Source of the DNA: Pseudomonadota bacterium
GTDB taxonomy: Bacteria; Pseudomonadota; Gammaproteobacteria; Eutrophobiales; Eutrophobiaceae
Assembly (NCBI GenBank): GCA_022574295.1
Contig: JACZSJ010000003.1
Span: forward strand, 1 to 62,192
DNA: 62,192 bases
Direction of reading: 5' to 3'
Position 1 is the first letter of the stretch, and every line of letters starts with the position of its first letter. The position numbers and the translations under genes are program-made. Positions 1 to 10,700 of this stretch are shown piece after piece. The notes beneath the pieces are model-generated. The model did not search any database. It was not told where the DNA came from and worked only from the letters and a program-made list of their open reading frames with translations.

Positions 1-480
1 GGATAGTGGTGTGTCAATTTGACTATAACCAATATTCAACCATGGGAATCCGGTGAAAATACTGGCGCGAATCAATTCTGCCAAAATCCATAGTACTGGT
101 ATGGCAATGATAAAAGTAACAATGCCTTTGTTCCCAAAAAAACGTTGATACACATAAGTTACCAAGGCAGGGTATAGCGAAAGGAATGCGACTAATGCAA
201 GGGTAATAATTATCGCACCGGCCAGATTAATGCCACCAAATATATTTATGCTGATGTGTAGCCAGTTCACGCCTATAGCAAACATACCAAAGCCAAAGGC
301 GTATCCAAATAGTCCTGCATCTCTGGGGGTGCTGTTCAGCACGGTATAAAAAAGATACGCTAGTGACAGGATAGCGATAGCAGAATAATCATAGGGTGAA
401 AAGGCCAAAGGTAAAAGTGCGCCTGACAGGAAACAGGTGGTGACTTTCAGGAGCAATCGTTTTCGCGTGTCAGTATGCAA
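1..480 (-). CDS. lnt: Apolipoprotein N-acyltransferase, N-terminal part (runs off window)
   Basis: Manual translation from TTG at 480 gives LAFSPYD...GVNWLHISI...LWILAELIRASIFTGFPWLNIGYSQ. Lies downstream of corC as in the usual gene order. Confidence 0.9.
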   Translation of the reverse strand, partial: MHTDTRKRLLLKVTTCFLSGALLPLAFSPYDYSAIAILSLAYLFYTVLNSTPRDAGLFGYAFGFGMFAIGVNWLHISINIFGGINLAGAIIITLALVAFLSLYPALVTYVYQRFFGNKGIVTFIIAIPVLWILAELIRASIFTGFPWLNIGYSQIDTPLS

Positions 481-512
481 ATGGTTGCTTAGTTATAAAT
501 GTTGAAAATAAT

Positions 513-1385
513 TTATTCAGGCGGCACTGAATCAGTGTCAGATAAATATTGTTCAATCTGGTTCATGCGCATCAAATGAATTCTTCTTTTATCCGAGCGC
601 AACACCTTAACATTAAAACCCTCAAGCTCAATACTTTCACCACGCTTTGGCACATGACCAAATGCCTTTAGAGCTAGCCCGCCTATAGTATCGAATTCAT
701 CATCACTTAGTTGTGTGTTAAAAAAATCATTAAATTCCTCGATCGGTGTCAAGGCCTTGACAGTATAGCGATTACGTCCGTGTGGTTTGATCTGATCTTC
801 ATTATCTATGTCATGTTCGTCTTCAATTTCACCCACGATCTCCTCGATTACATCTTCCATGGTGACGAGACCAGCGACACCGGAATATTCATCAATAACA
901 ATTACCATGTGATTACGGTTTGATCTGAATTCTCTTAACAGAACATTCAGACGTTTACTTTCGGGGACATAAATCGCTCTGCGCATCATGTCTTTAATAT
1001 TAAATTCACTGTTATCATGATCTGAAAAATAATTTAATAAATCTTTGGCCAGAAGAATACCTGAAATTTCATCGGTGTCACCACCTATCACGGGGAATCT
1101 TGAGTGGCCTGATTCAATAACTGTTGCCAGAATATCTTCAGGATCCGCATCATTTTTGACCACGATCATTTGTACACGTGGAATCATAATGTCTCGAACC
1201 TGCATTTCAGATACTTGCATCGCCCCTTCAATCATCGTCAATGCATCATGATCCAGCAGGTTCCTGGTTTCTGATTCGCGCAATAGTTCGATCAAGTCAT
1301 GCCTGTCTGCAGGTTTGCTTGAAAAGATGGCTGTGATTTTCTGCAGGTAGTTTGACCAACGACTGTCAGATTTACTTTTACTCAT
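513..1385 (-). CDS. corC: HlyC/CorC family CBS-domain Mg/Co transport protein
   Basis: GHSRFPV, VPESKRLNVLLREFR and DEFDTIGG motifs; follows ybeY. Confidence 0.93.
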   Translation of the reverse strand: MSKSKSDSRWSNYLQKITAIFSSKPADRHDLIELLRESETRNLLDHDALTMIEGAMQVSEMQVRDIMIPRVQMIVVKNDADPEDILATVIESGHSRFPVIGGDTDEISGILLAKDLLNYFSDHDNSEFNIKDMMRRAIYVPESKRLNVLLREFRSNRNHMVIVIDEYSGVAGLVTMEDVIEEIVGEIEDEHDIDNEDQIKPHGRNRYTVKALTPIEEFNDFFNTQLSDDEFDTIGGLALKAFGHVPKRGESIELEGFNVKVLRSDKRRIHLMRMNQIEQYLSDTDSVPPE

Positions 1386-1388
1386 GGG

Positions 1389-1871
1389 TTATCCATGTTT
1401 GAGTTGTTTGATCCGAGTGCTGAGATACGGGTTTTTGTAATTCAGTTTTTCAAGAATATTTATTTCTAGGCTTTCCATACGATCAGCCTCTTCAGGATCG
1501 ATATGATCAAAACCAGTTAGATGCAAAACACCGTGTATCACCATATGTGCCCAATGTGAATGACTACTCTTGTTTTGTTCTTTTGCCTCGCGTGCTATCA
1601 CAGGGGCACAAATAACGATGTCACCAAGCAAATCCGGTGCAATTCCTGAAATCCCTTCATTTCTAAAAGATAGCACATTTGTGGGGCCTTTGGATTTTCT
1701 CCATTGTTCGTTAAGTTGAGTCCCTTCCGCCTCATCGACGATGCGTATGGTTAATTCAGCATTTTCTTTCAGATTTTCTAATGCTGTTTCCGTCCAATAT
1801 CTGAATTGTTTCTCGTCAGGTAAATCAGACATTTCTTTTATTGCGTATTGCACGTCTACTTCAATGGTCAT
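1389..1871 (-). CDS. ybeY: rRNA maturation endoribonuclease YbeY
   Basis: PTNVLSF and HMVIHGVLHLTGFDH zinc motif. Confidence 0.95.
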   Translation of the reverse strand: MTIEVDVQYAIKEMSDLPDEKQFRYWTETALENLKENAELTIRIVDEAEGTQLNEQWRKSKGPTNVLSFRNEGISGIAPDLLGDIVICAPVIAREAKEQNKSSHSHWAHMVIHGVLHLTGFDHIDPEEADRMESLEINILEKLNYKNPYLSTRIKQLKHG

Positions 1872-2857
1872 TAGCGTTGATTGTTTTGCTCATGTCTTTC
1901 GTAAGCATTCAATATTTTAGCGACAAGCGGATGTCGAACGATATCTCTCGACTTGAAGAAGGTAAAACTAATGTCGTCTTCCTCTTTGAGGACATCTATT
2001 ATATGGCGCAGGCCTGAATCCTTACCACGAGGCAGATCAATTTGGGTAATATCACCGGTGATAACAGCAGTTGATGCAAAACCAATGCGGGTAAGAAACA
2101 TTTTCATCTGTTCAATCGTTGTGTTCTGGGCTTCATCCAGAATCACAAAAGACTCATTGAGTGTCCGTCCGCGCATAAAGGCAAGAGGCGCAACTTCAAT
2201 GACATTACGTTCTATATATTTGGCTACTCTCTCGAAGCCCAACATTTCATATAGGGCATCGTAGAGCGGTCGTAGATATGGGTCGATCTTCTGAGTAAGA
2301 TCTCCAGGCAAAAAACCGAGTTTTTCACCGGCCTCAACCGCAGGACGTACCAGAACAATACGACGTACACGATCCTGTTCCAGGGCAGCAACAGCGCAGG
2401 CAACTGCAAGATAGGTTTTACCGGTACCTGCCGGACCAATGCCAAAACTCACATCATGGTTGGTAATATTTCTTAAATAGTGCCGTTGGTTTGGGCTTCT
2501 TCCTCTGATGACACCATGCTCTGTTTTAATGTTTGACTCAGAATCTTCATCTTCATCAACTTCCTGGTCGATGCTTGTGTCTTGTAAGTGAAGATGTACT
2601 TTCTCAGGTGACAGCGTTTCCGTTGCTGTCATCTCGTAGAGTGATTGCAAGATATGTTCTGTAATATTAACAGATTTTTTTGTACCGATAATGTGAAAAG
2701 CATTTCCCCGGCTATTAATCTCAACACCCATCCTTCTTTCAATATGCCGCAGATTTTTGTCTAATGGGCCACAAAGATTTGCCAGGCGGTTGTTGTCTGC
2801 CGGTTCCAGATGAAGATCTGTTGATCTTGTATGTAAGGTATCAGGTGAAGCGTTCAA
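1871..2857 (-). CDS. ybeZ: PhoH family ATPase (YbeZ)
   Basis: GPAGTGKTYLA, RPAVEAGEKLGFLPG and ILDEAQN motifs. Confidence 0.95.
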   Translation of the reverse strand: MNASPDTLHTRSTDLHLEPADNNRLANLCGPLDKNLRHIERRMGVEINSRGNAFHIIGTKKSVNITEHILQSLYEMTATETLSPEKVHLHLQDTSIDQEVDEDEDSESNIKTEHGVIRGRSPNQRHYLRNITNHDVSFGIGPAGTGKTYLAVACAVAALEQDRVRRIVLVRPAVEAGEKLGFLPGDLTQKIDPYLRPLYDALYEMLGFERVAKYIERNVIEVAPLAFMRGRTLNESFVILDEAQNTTIEQMKMFLTRIGFASTAVITGDITQIDLPRGKDSGLRHIIDVLKEEDDISFTFFKSRDIVRHPLVAKILNAYERHEQNNQR

Positions 2858-2862
2858 GTAGT

Positions 2863-4233
2863 TTAAAGAGCTGATTGTTGTAAAGGTTGTTCAGACGTAC
2901 GGTCGGGTGTTTGTTGCAATTCGGCTCGTAAAGAATTTGGCAGTGCTTTTGTAATTAGCACGTCAGTAAATTCACCGATGAGTGATTTTGGCCCAACAAA
3001 ATTCACAGTACGATTATTTTCAGTTTTCCCTCGTAGTTCATAGACATTCTTTTTGGAAAACCCTTCGACTAAAATCCGTTCTGTTTTGCCGACCATGCTA
3101 CGACCAATTTCCATTGCCATCGCATTGATCCTGGTTTGCAGGATACTCAAACGTTCTTTTTTTGTTTCCATTGGAACATCATCATTGAAAGAAGATGCTG
3201 GGGTTCCTGGGCGCTTGCTGTAAATAAAGCTGAATGAATGATCAAAGCCAATTTCGGCGATCAAATTCATGGTTGCCTCAAAATCATCGTCAGTTTCGCC
3301 AGGAAAACCAATAATAAAATCTGAAGATAAACTGATATCGGGCCTGATTTTGCGCAATTTTCGTATTTTGGATTTATATTCCAGTGTGGTGTGTCCTCTT
3401 TTCATCAGACCAAGTACACGATCCGAGCCACTTTGAACAGGTAAGTGTAGATGGTTTACCAGCTCAGGTACCTTTGCATAGGCCTCAATCAATCTATTCG
3501 AGAATTCAACAGGATGAGATGTCGTATAGCGAATACGCTCTATGCCTTCAATTACTGCAACATATTCGATCAGCAGCGCAAGATCCGCAGTTCCGCCCTG
3601 ATGCATCTCACCTCTGTAGGCATTTACATTCTGGCCTAACAAATTAATTTCCCGGACGCCTTGCTCTGCAAGTTCAACTACCTCATTGATAACATCGTCG
3701 AATGTTCGGCTAATTTCTTCACCACGTGTATAAGGTACAACACAGAACGTACAATATTTGCTGCATCCTTCCATAATGGAAACAAAAGCAGTCGGACCTT
3801 CTGCACGCGCCGCAGGTAAACAATCAAATTTTTCTATCTCGGGGAAGGAGATATCTATGACCGGATTTTTATTTTTCATTACATCTTCAACCATCTCCGG
3901 AAGACGATGTAATGTTTGTGGACCAAATATTATGTCGACATAGGGGGCACGTTCAAAAATATCAGCACCTTCCTGGCTTGCGACGCAGCCACCCACGCCG
4001 ATCAACAAATCTGGGTTATTATCTTTATATGGTCGCCAGCGACCTAGTTGAGAAAAGACTTTTTCCTGGGCTTTTTCACGAATCGAGCAGGTGTTGAGCA
4101 GAATGATATCCGCTTCCTCGGGCTTGTCTGTCTTGATCATGCCATGAGATTCAGCAAGGACATCAAACATCTTGGCCGAATCATACTCGTTCATCTGACA
4201 ACCCATTGTCTGGATAAATAATTTACGACTCAT
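2863..4233 (-). CDS. miaB: tRNA-2-methylthio-N6-dimethylallyladenosine synthase
   Basis: [18 protein letters not shown], radical SAM motif CSKYCTFC and C-terminal TRAM domain. Confidence 0.97.
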   Translation of the reverse strand: MSRKLFIQTMGCQMNEYDSAKMFDVLAESHGMIKTDKPEEADIILLNTCSIREKAQEKVFSQLGRWRPYKDNNPDLLIGVGGCVASQEGADIFERAPYVDIIFGPQTLHRLPEMVEDVMKNKNPVIDISFPEIEKFDCLPAARAEGPTAFVSIMEGCSKYCTFCVVPYTRGEEISRTFDDVINEVVELAEQGVREINLLGQNVNAYRGEMHQGGTADLALLIEYVAVIEGIERIRYTTSHPVEFSNRLIEAYAKVPELVNHLHLPVQSGSDRVLGLMKRGHTTLEYKSKIRKLRKIRPDISLSSDFIIGFPGETDDDFEATMNLIAEIGFDHSFSFIYSKRPGTPASSFNDDVPMETKKERLSILQTRINAMAMEIGRSMVGKTERILVEGFSKKNVYELRGKTENNRTVNFVGPKSLIGEFTDVLITKALPNSLRAELQQTPDRTSEQPLQQSAL

Positions 4234-4591
4234 ATACAGTTTCGTGAAAATATATTCATGAATAGAGGGGGGTGAACTAAACTACACTGTCTTGTACTGC
4301 ATTTCCAGCATAATTATTACTTATTTAACAATAGCTTGGAAGGTTTTAGAAGGAAATGTAAGCTATTGGCAACCATTATTTGTGTGCAGTTTGGGTTTTT
4401 TTGGCATTTACCAATGTCTGGAAGGTCAGATGTAAAAGTTGTCTTTGAATGCTGGACGTTTATTTAGATTATAATTTGTCGAGGAAAAATCCGTGGCGAA
4501 GTAAGGAAATAGAAGTTATATCATGATGATAGCATAAGCTGTTTTGCACCCAGAATATCTCAATACTGAAAAATAACTGAGCTCATTTATT

Positions 4592-5284
4592 TTGGAATAT
4601 TTCACAAAAGCATTCGTTGTCGCGGTCAAATCAATCCTGGCATTTGATCATGAGCTTTATTTCGTCGTTTTCACTTCACTGAAGATTTCATTTGCATCTG
4701 TAATTATTGCATCCATATTTTGTGTTCCTCTGGGATTGTTAATTTCATCGAGAAAGTTCAAAGGCAAGGTATTGTTACAAAGTATTTTAAACACATTGAT
4801 GGCATTACCAACTGTAGTGGTTGGTTTATTGCTCTACGGTATTCTGGGAAGGAATGGACCGCTTGGTGGTTTCGGTTTGTTATATACACCTTCAGCGATG
4901 ATTATTGGTCAGTGTATCCTGATAGCACCTGTCGTATTAAATCTAGTCGTGGTCGCTGCAAGTAGTGCAGATCCTAGAATTAAACTTGCCAGCATGGCGC
5001 TGGGTGCTGATCGTTATCAGCGTGGTGTTATTTTTGTGGGAGAAATCAGGTTTGCCCTGATGGCTGCGATTGTAATGGCCTTTGGCAGAGCCATTGGTGA
5101 GGTCGGTATTGCCATGATGGTTGGTGGAAATATTGAGGGTTATACGCGAACCATGACGACAGCCATCGCGCTTGAAACCAGTAAAGGTGATTTTGAATTT
5201 GCCATGGCACTGGGAATTCTTCTACTAATTATTGCTTTTATAGTTAATTTTTTCCTGCAAAGACTGCAGCGATTTTCAAAATGA
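4592..5284 (+). CDS. tupB: Tungstate-type ABC transporter permease (TupB-like)
   Basis: LMALPTVVVGL, FGRAIGEVG and GGNIEGYTRTMTTAIALETSKG motifs. Confidence 0.85.
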   Translation: MEYFTKAFVVAVKSILAFDHELYFVVFTSLKISFASVIIASIFCVPLGLLISSRKFKGKVLLQSILNTLMALPTVVVGLLLYGILGRNGPLGGFGLLYTPSAMIIGQCILIAPVVLNLVVVAASSADPRIKLASMALGADRYQRGVIFVGEIRFALMAAIVMAFGRAIGEVGIAMMVGGNIEGYTRTMTTAIALETSKGDFEFAMALGILLLIIAFIVNFFLQRLQRFSK

Positions 5285-6276
5285 ATTCAGCATACGAATT
5301 AATTGATGTTAAATATGAATATGATGGCCTGGTGGCATTGAACATTGATCAATGCCAGATACATGCAAATAAAACAACTGCACTTTTGGGCCCGAATGGT
5401 GCTGGGAAAAGCACCTTGCTGAATATTCTGGCCTTTGTTTTTAAAGCCTCCTCCGGCAAAGTCAGGTTTTTTGGAAAACGTTGTGAGCATGAATCAACTT
5501 CGGCCATACGAAGGCGGATAGCTTATGTCCAACAAAACCCTTATTTATTCAATGATACAGTAATGAAGAATGTTGAACTTGGATTGAAATTAAGAGGTGT
5601 TAATAAAAAAGACAGATATCAAAGCACCATGATGATGTTTGAAAGGTTAGGACTTGGAGATCTGGCATCCCGCAGGGCACATGAATTATCAGGCGGGGAA
5701 ATACAAAAAGTTGCGATTGCCAGGGCGATGGTGTTAGAAGCAGAGGTTCTTCTGCTTGATGAACCATTCACGTATCTGGATAAGCGGTTTGTGAAGGATT
5801 TTGAGAATTTAATCCTTGATAATCGCCGAACTGGCAACCAAACAGTCATCTTCAGTACGCATGATCAATTACGTGCCCAAGTATTGGCAGATGATATATT
5901 TAGCATGCTTGCAGGCCGTTATGTGCCATCTTCAATTGTAAATTTGTATTCGGGCAAACTGCTTCCTGACAAAAATATATTTGAAACGGCAGAATTGAAG
6001 ATAAATGTCCCTGAGAATTTAACAGATGGCGAACACATTGCGATTGAATCAACGCAGATCGTGTTATCCAAAGAACAGCTTTCATCGAGTATGCGTAATA
6101 GTTTTCATGGCAAAATCAGGTCGTTACATGAGGACAATGGGCAGATACAGGTGACCATTGAGGCAGGAGAGGTATTTCAAATTATCATCACGAAGGCAGC
6201 GCTTGATGAAATGAAAATCAATGTTGGTGAAGCGGTTTGGTTAAGTTTTAAGTCTTCTGCAATCAGTGTATTCTGA
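5281..6276 (+). CDS. tupC: Tungstate/molybdate ABC transporter ATPase with C-terminal TOBE domain (TupC-like)
   Basis: GPNGAGKST, LSGGE and LLLDEP motifs plus SSMRN...FKSSAI TOBE/mop tail; overlaps tupB stop (ATGA). Confidence 0.8.
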   Translation: MNSAYELIDVKYEYDGLVALNIDQCQIHANKTTALLGPNGAGKSTLLNILAFVFKASSGKVRFFGKRCEHESTSAIRRRIAYVQQNPYLFNDTVMKNVELGLKLRGVNKKDRYQSTMMMFERLGLGDLASRRAHELSGGEIQKVAIARAMVLEAEVLLLDEPFTYLDKRFVKDFENLILDNRRTGNQTVIFSTHDQLRAQVLADDIFSMLAGRYVPSSIVNLYSGKLLPDKNIFETAELKINVPENLTDGEHIAIESTQIVLSKEQLSSSMRNSFHGKIRSLHEDNGQIQVTIEAGEVFQIIITKAALDEMKINVGEAVWLSFKSSAISVF

Positions 6277-6303
6277 TGCTTGAAATCAGACACAGGCAAG
6301 CAT

Positions 6304-7132
6304 ATGGAACAGGAGATTCAGCAAATACAAAACTATAGTTGATATTCTTAACGAGTTGGCCGTGAATTATGGGTTCCAGGTATTCGGTGCAATCATCATT
6401 CTGCTAATTGGTTGGCAGATTTCCAGGTGGGTTGCCGGGATCGTTCTGAATCTATGTCAGTGAGCAAAGCTGGATATTACGCTGGCAAAATTCTTTGCGG
6501 GCATTGCCAAATCACTTGTTATTATTTTTGTGGTCATTGTTGCCCTGGGAAAATTCGGCATAACCATTACACCTCTTGTTGCTGCATTGGGTGCAGTTGC
6601 CTTTGGTAGTGCTTTGGCATTACAGGGCCCGCTTTCGAATTATGGTTCTGGACTTACCATAATTCTGACTAGGCCATTTGTCGTTGGTGATACGATAAAA
6701 AATCAGAATGTTATTGGAATTGTTGAGGAGATCAAACTTGCTTATACATGGCTGATTACTGAGGATGGAGAGCGCATTACGATCTCCAATAACAGGATAA
6801 TTGGTGAGATATTACATAACAGCTATGCAAATTTGATTGTTGAAGCATCAATAGGTATTTCTTATGAGAGTGATACCGAGGAGGTAGTTGCAATAATCCT
6901 GAAGATACTTGAAGGTTCAACTACTGTTGTCAAAGTCCCGGAACCACAGGTCGGTATTGAGCGGTTTGGTGAGTCAGCTATTATTATTGGTGTTCGCTAC
7001 TGGGTTTCGACGAAGCAGTATTACCATGTCATGTATAGAGTGAACTAGGCAATCTACTCTGTATTGAAAGAGGCGAACATCGTCATTCCATTTCCAAGGC
7101 AGGATATTCGTCTTGTCGATGGTAAGGTATGA
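6304..7132 (+). pseudogene. mscS: Small-conductance mechanosensitive channel pseudogene
   Basis: ATG at 6304, frameshift near 6330, in-frame TGA at 6461 and in-frame TAG at 7046. The frame continues to the typical IPFPRQ tail and keeps the ALQGPLSN and RPFVVGD motifs. Confidence 0.85.
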
Positions 7133-7181
7133 TAAAATATTATATGGGTATTTTGGAAACTGGCTTACAAGAGAGGAAAGC

Positions 7182-7397
7182 ATGGGCGAAGATGATAAAA
7201 CAATAGCCAAGACGCTATGGTCAGAGACATTAATTGATATGCTAATCGCGTCATTGAAGGCAAATAAAGCTGATGTACAAATTAAAGGGTTGCTTAAAGA
7301 ATGCAAACAGAAAGGATTTAAAGCAAGCTATCTGACGGAGAAGGTCAGAAAAGAATTGGACCAAGCTGCTGCTTCGAGAATAAAAAGATTAATGTAA
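7182..7397 (+). CDS. Small hypothetical protein (71 aa)
   Basis: ATG preceded by GAGAGGAAAG RBS; helical, lysine-rich sequence. Confidence 0.65.
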   Translation: MGEDDKTIAKTLWSETLIDMLIASLKANKADVQIKGLLKECKQKGFKASYLTEKVRKELDQAAASRIKRLM

Positions 7398-7442
7398 TAC
7401 AAAAGATGTCCCTGATCAGCGGTTGTTTTTTTTAGTTACTTA

Positions 7443-7468
7443 TGAACCACCGACCCCAGCGTTATGAG
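7443..7468 (-). repeat. 26-bp duplicate of an internal tRNA-Met segment (att-like)
   Basis: tgaaccaccgaccccagcgttatgag is identical to 9020-9045. Confidence 0.9.
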
Positions 7469-7684
7469 CTTGAACCGAGAATATTGACTATTAACTAAAA
7501 CAGTCACTTATGGTACACCTTCTGTATTAAGACCCTGTTCAATAGGGGTTCACTTATGGTTCACCCCCTGCCTCAGTCTGGCACAAAATAAGCACAACTG
7601 TGCGTTTGCTATTCAGCGAAAGCGGACACTGGCTTTTATAATCAGGAATTCTTTTTTACTCGGTTATACGAAGGAAATATATTT

Positions 7685-8833
7685 TTAACGACCACCGACA
7701 GGTAAAGTCAGTGTCGGTCCTTTAGCCTCAGATTGCCCGGCTTGCAAACTAAAAAGTTGTTGTATAAGCAAAAAAGATGATTTTGTTTGCAGATCGTCAT
7801 CAGCGATATAAAACCAGTAGCCGCGATAAGGGACAGAAATATATGCATTTTCCGGGAGCTCTTTACTTGAATAAATAACGAAGTGCTTCCCCGCAGGCGT
7901 ATTATCCCAGTTAAATTCATTACCCTCTTTAGTTTTTGTCACTGTAACCAGACCTGTCTCCTTTTGCTCATCAGGAACTTTGATATTTTGAGATAAATAG
8001 AAAAGCACACTCATAACAGAACGCACACGCAAACTGATAACGTTGGGATATTTGTTCAGAAAATCTGATGAGATGATGACCTTATGATCAATAGCTGTTA
8101 TTCCCAATAGTAACTGAAGCTCCTTACCTTCATTTTCAAGATCTATATTTTCCGGCCGATTTTCAGGGAAAAATTGCATGATCAATTCAGGTTGTTTCTT
8201 ATCAACATGCTCAACTTTATCTACCTGAATATTTAGTCCAATTTCCATCATTCCTTCTCTTTGCAAGTGTCGAAAAATTTCCAGGGCACGTACAAAATCT
8301 TCATAGTTTTTTGGCTCAAGATCTGGTGTAGGACCTGAAGCACTGGGTACATTATAAAGGCCATTCATACGTTCTATCGTTATGCCAAACACACGTTCAA
8401 TGTTCCAGCCAGACTGGGTCATAACCAATACGGCTTCAAGTGATATTGATGAAAGAACACTTTTTAAGAAGTCTTCACCCCGAAGAGGTGTATAAGAAAT
8501 AGTTGGGCTTTGAGAATATTCAATTCCTATGCCTGGTTGAATAACGTTACCCCCAGGTCCCAGATCAATACTCGAATTAACATGAGCTGAAGTTGATATT
8601 CTTGGAGATACAGTAATGCTGCTAATCTCAAGAAATGCAGGTTGTTCACGGTACCTCAATCGAACAAGGTTAATTAACATTTGTTCGCTTAGCGTTTCAG
8701 AAATGGATTTATTGTAGGCCGGGTGGGTTTTTTCCAAGGTCTTGGGGCCAAAGCTAGATTGACAACCCGTTGAGATAAACACAATTAAAGAATAGACAAA
8801 ATAACTTTTATAAATTTTAAAATATTTTCCCAT
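7685..8833 (-). CDS. Hypothetical lipoprotein
   Basis: 382-aa ORF with basic/hydrophobic N-terminus ending ISTGC (lipobox-like). Confidence 0.8.
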   Translation of the reverse strand: MGKYFKIYKSYFVYSLIVFISTGCQSSFGPKTLEKTHPAYNKSISETLSEQMLINLVRLRYREQPAFLEISSITVSPRISTSAHVNSSIDLGPGGNVIQPGIGIEYSQSPTISYTPLRGEDFLKSVLSSISLEAVLVMTQSGWNIERVFGITIERMNGLYNVPSASGPTPDLEPKNYEDFVRALEIFRHLQREGMMEIGLNIQVDKVEHVDKKQPELIMQFFPENRPENIDLENEGKELQLLLGITAIDHKVIISSDFLNKYPNVISLRVRSVMSVLFYLSQNIKVPDEQKETGLVTVTKTKEGNEFNWDNTPAGKHFVIYSSKELPENAYISVPYRGYWFYIADDDLQTKSSFLLIQQLFSLQAGQSEAKGPTLTLPVGGR

Positions 8834-9000
8834 AAATTGACCGCCAAATAATCATGCACTAAATGCACTGGTTATTTAATTTGTTTTATTTTCAATCAAA
8901 ATTATATAAGACTACATGCTAATTGTATCGCTAGATTTAGCATTTTGAACTTTACTACCCGGTGAAAGCGTATATTGATTAAAGATATTAAGGTAATGTA

Positions 9001-9077
9001 TGGTGGCTATGGGTGGACTTGAACCACCGACCCCAGCGTTATGAGTGCTGTGCTCTAACCAGCTGAGCTACATAGCC
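9001..9077 (-). tRNA. tRNA-Met (CAT, elongator type)
   Basis: GGCTATGTAGCTCAGCTGGTTAGAGC...CTCATAA...GGTTCAAGTCC...ATAGCCACCA cloverleaf. Confidence 0.95.
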
Positions 9078-9102
9078 ATATTGTGAAACTCGCGGAAGCG
9101 GG

Positions 9103-9131
9103 ATTTTCCTGTTAGTACAGAGTTTTGTCAA
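9103..9131 (-). promoter_or_regulatory. Putative sigma70 promoter of tRNA-Met
   Basis: TTGACA-17 nt-GAAAAT followed by a GC-rich discriminator, just upstream of the tRNA. Confidence 0.5.
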
Positions 9132-9139
9132 GGGGCCTG

Positions 9140-9775
9140 TTATCGTGTGCCATATACAACGATGGTCTTGCCCGATGCCGTAATTAGATGATTTTCCTCA
9201 AGACTTTTAAGTACCCGCCCGACCATTTCCCTTGAGCAGCCTACGATACGCCCAAGTTCCTGACGTGTTATTTTAATTTGCATACCATCTGGATGGGTCA
9301 TGGCATCAGGTTCTTTGCACAGATCTAACAATGTCCTTGCGACTCGTCCCTGAACATCTGTAAAGGCCAGATCACTAACCTTACGGCTGGTCTTCCTTAA
9401 TCTGAATGCAAGCTGTGAGGCAATATCGAACAACAATTTAGGGAAAAGATCTTGAAGTGATTTCAGGCGCTCGTAGCTGATTTTTGCTATTTCACATTTT
9501 GTTTTGGCGCGGACAATTGCACTGCGTTTATGTTCTTCATCAAATAGACCTATCTCCCCAAAATAATCTCCAGGGTTGAGATATGCCAGGACAATTTCTT
9601 TCCCCTTAACATCTTCTACAATAACGGTGACAGAACCCTTAATGATATAGTAAAGATCTGTACTTGGGTCACCTTCTCTAATAATGATACTTTTTTTGGG
9701 ATATTCTTTTTGGTGACAATGTTCAAGAAAGTGTTCAGTTGTCCTGTCTATTGTTTGATAGATATTAGTACTCAT
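9140..9775 (-). CDS. crp: cAMP receptor protein (Crp/Vfr)
   Basis: GEIGLF and RSA cNMP pocket, [29 protein letters not shown]. Start may instead be TTG at 9790. Confidence 0.95.
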   Translation of the reverse strand: MSTNIYQTIDRTTEHFLEHCHQKEYPKKSIIIREGDPSTDLYYIIKGSVTVIVEDVKGKEIVLAYLNPGDYFGEIGLFDEEHKRSAIVRAKTKCEIAKISYERLKSLQDLFPKLLFDIASQLAFRLRKTSRKVSDLAFTDVQGRVARTLLDLCKEPDAMTHPDGMQIKITRQELGRIVGCSREMVGRVLKSLEENHLITASGKTIVVYGTR

Positions 9776-9891
9776 AAACACTTTTCCCAATTCAATGATA
9801 CATGGTCTTAGAGTTCCCCTTCAAAAGGGTTCTTGGTGAATGGTGAACTATGTTACTCTTTTTCTAGTAAATCAACCAGTTGGAGAGGTAA

Positions 9892-10311
9892 ATGGAGACA
9901 CAAATTAAATGGGTAGGCAATGCGGCATTCATTGGCAGGGCATCAAGTGGACACACTGTTATTATGGATGGCCCAGCAGAAGGAGGAGGCCGAAATCTTG
10001 GTCCAAGACCAATGGAAATGCTGATACTCGGTATGGGAGCTTGCAGTACCTATGATGTTGTTTCAATTTTAAAGAAGTCACGCCAGGATATAACTGATTG
10101 TGAAATAAAGATAACATCAAAGCGTGCAGAAAGTGACCCAAAGGTATTTACAGATATTCAACTCCACTTTGTTGTGAGTGGCCACAATCTTAAGCAAAAA
10201 CAGGTTGAGCGTGCCATCAAGCTTTCAGCAGAGAAATATTGCTCTGCCTCAATTATGCTGGGTGCAACAGCGAATATCACACACGATTTTGAAATAATTA
10301 ATGTAGATTAA
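9892..10311 (+). CDS. OsmC family protein (YhfA-like)
   Basis: RPMEMLILGMGAC and AEKYCSAS motifs; divergent from crp. Confidence 0.92.
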   Translation: METQIKWVGNAAFIGRASSGHTVIMDGPAEGGGRNLGPRPMEMLILGMGACSTYDVVSILKKSRQDITDCEIKITSKRAESDPKVFTDIQLHFVVSGHNLKQKQVERAIKLSAEKYCSASIMLGATANITHDFEIINVD

Positions 10312-10700
10312 TCGGAATGAAGAGGATCATCATATATTTCGACACTAACCAGGTCGCCATCTTTAGCTTTCGATAACAACTTCACATCAGTAAGAGATTG
10401 ACCCCATATATTGGTTTGTGCAGCCAGACGGATTTCATTTCCCTGTGAAACAGGGGTAGGGCCAAAACCAATGGCAATACAACTTCCTTCTACCCAAAAG
10501 GCAAGCTCACCTGCTTCAATAATATCCTTTGCATCGAATTCTTTTGATGCGCTGATCGGTGTGTCAAAATAGACTTCGTCACCCCAAGTATTCACAATGG
10601 AAGTGAAAGGTACATGCTTTAGTATTTCTTTTGCTGTTGGTGTATCCAGTAATTCAGCTATCAGTGAAATTGGCCCAATTCTTAAAATTAGTTTTTCCAT
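10308..10700 (-). CDS. Cyclophilin-like fold protein
   Basis: TWGDEVYF, GELAFW and IGFGPTP motifs. Confidence 0.8.
   Translation of the reverse strand: MEKLILRIGPISLIAELLDTPTAKEILKHVPFTSIVNTWGDEVYFDTPISASKEFDAKDIIEAGELAFWVEGSCIAIGFGPTPVSQGNEIRLAAQTNIWGQSLTDVKLLSKAKDGDLVSVEIYDDPLHSD

Noticed and set aside
6461-7048. In-frame TGA and TAG in mscS as selenocysteine/pyrrolysine or an alternative genetic code
   Set aside because: The gene also has a frameshift, and TGA and TAG serve as normal stops in many core genes here (e.g. rpsU, rpoD). Pseudogenisation is simpler.
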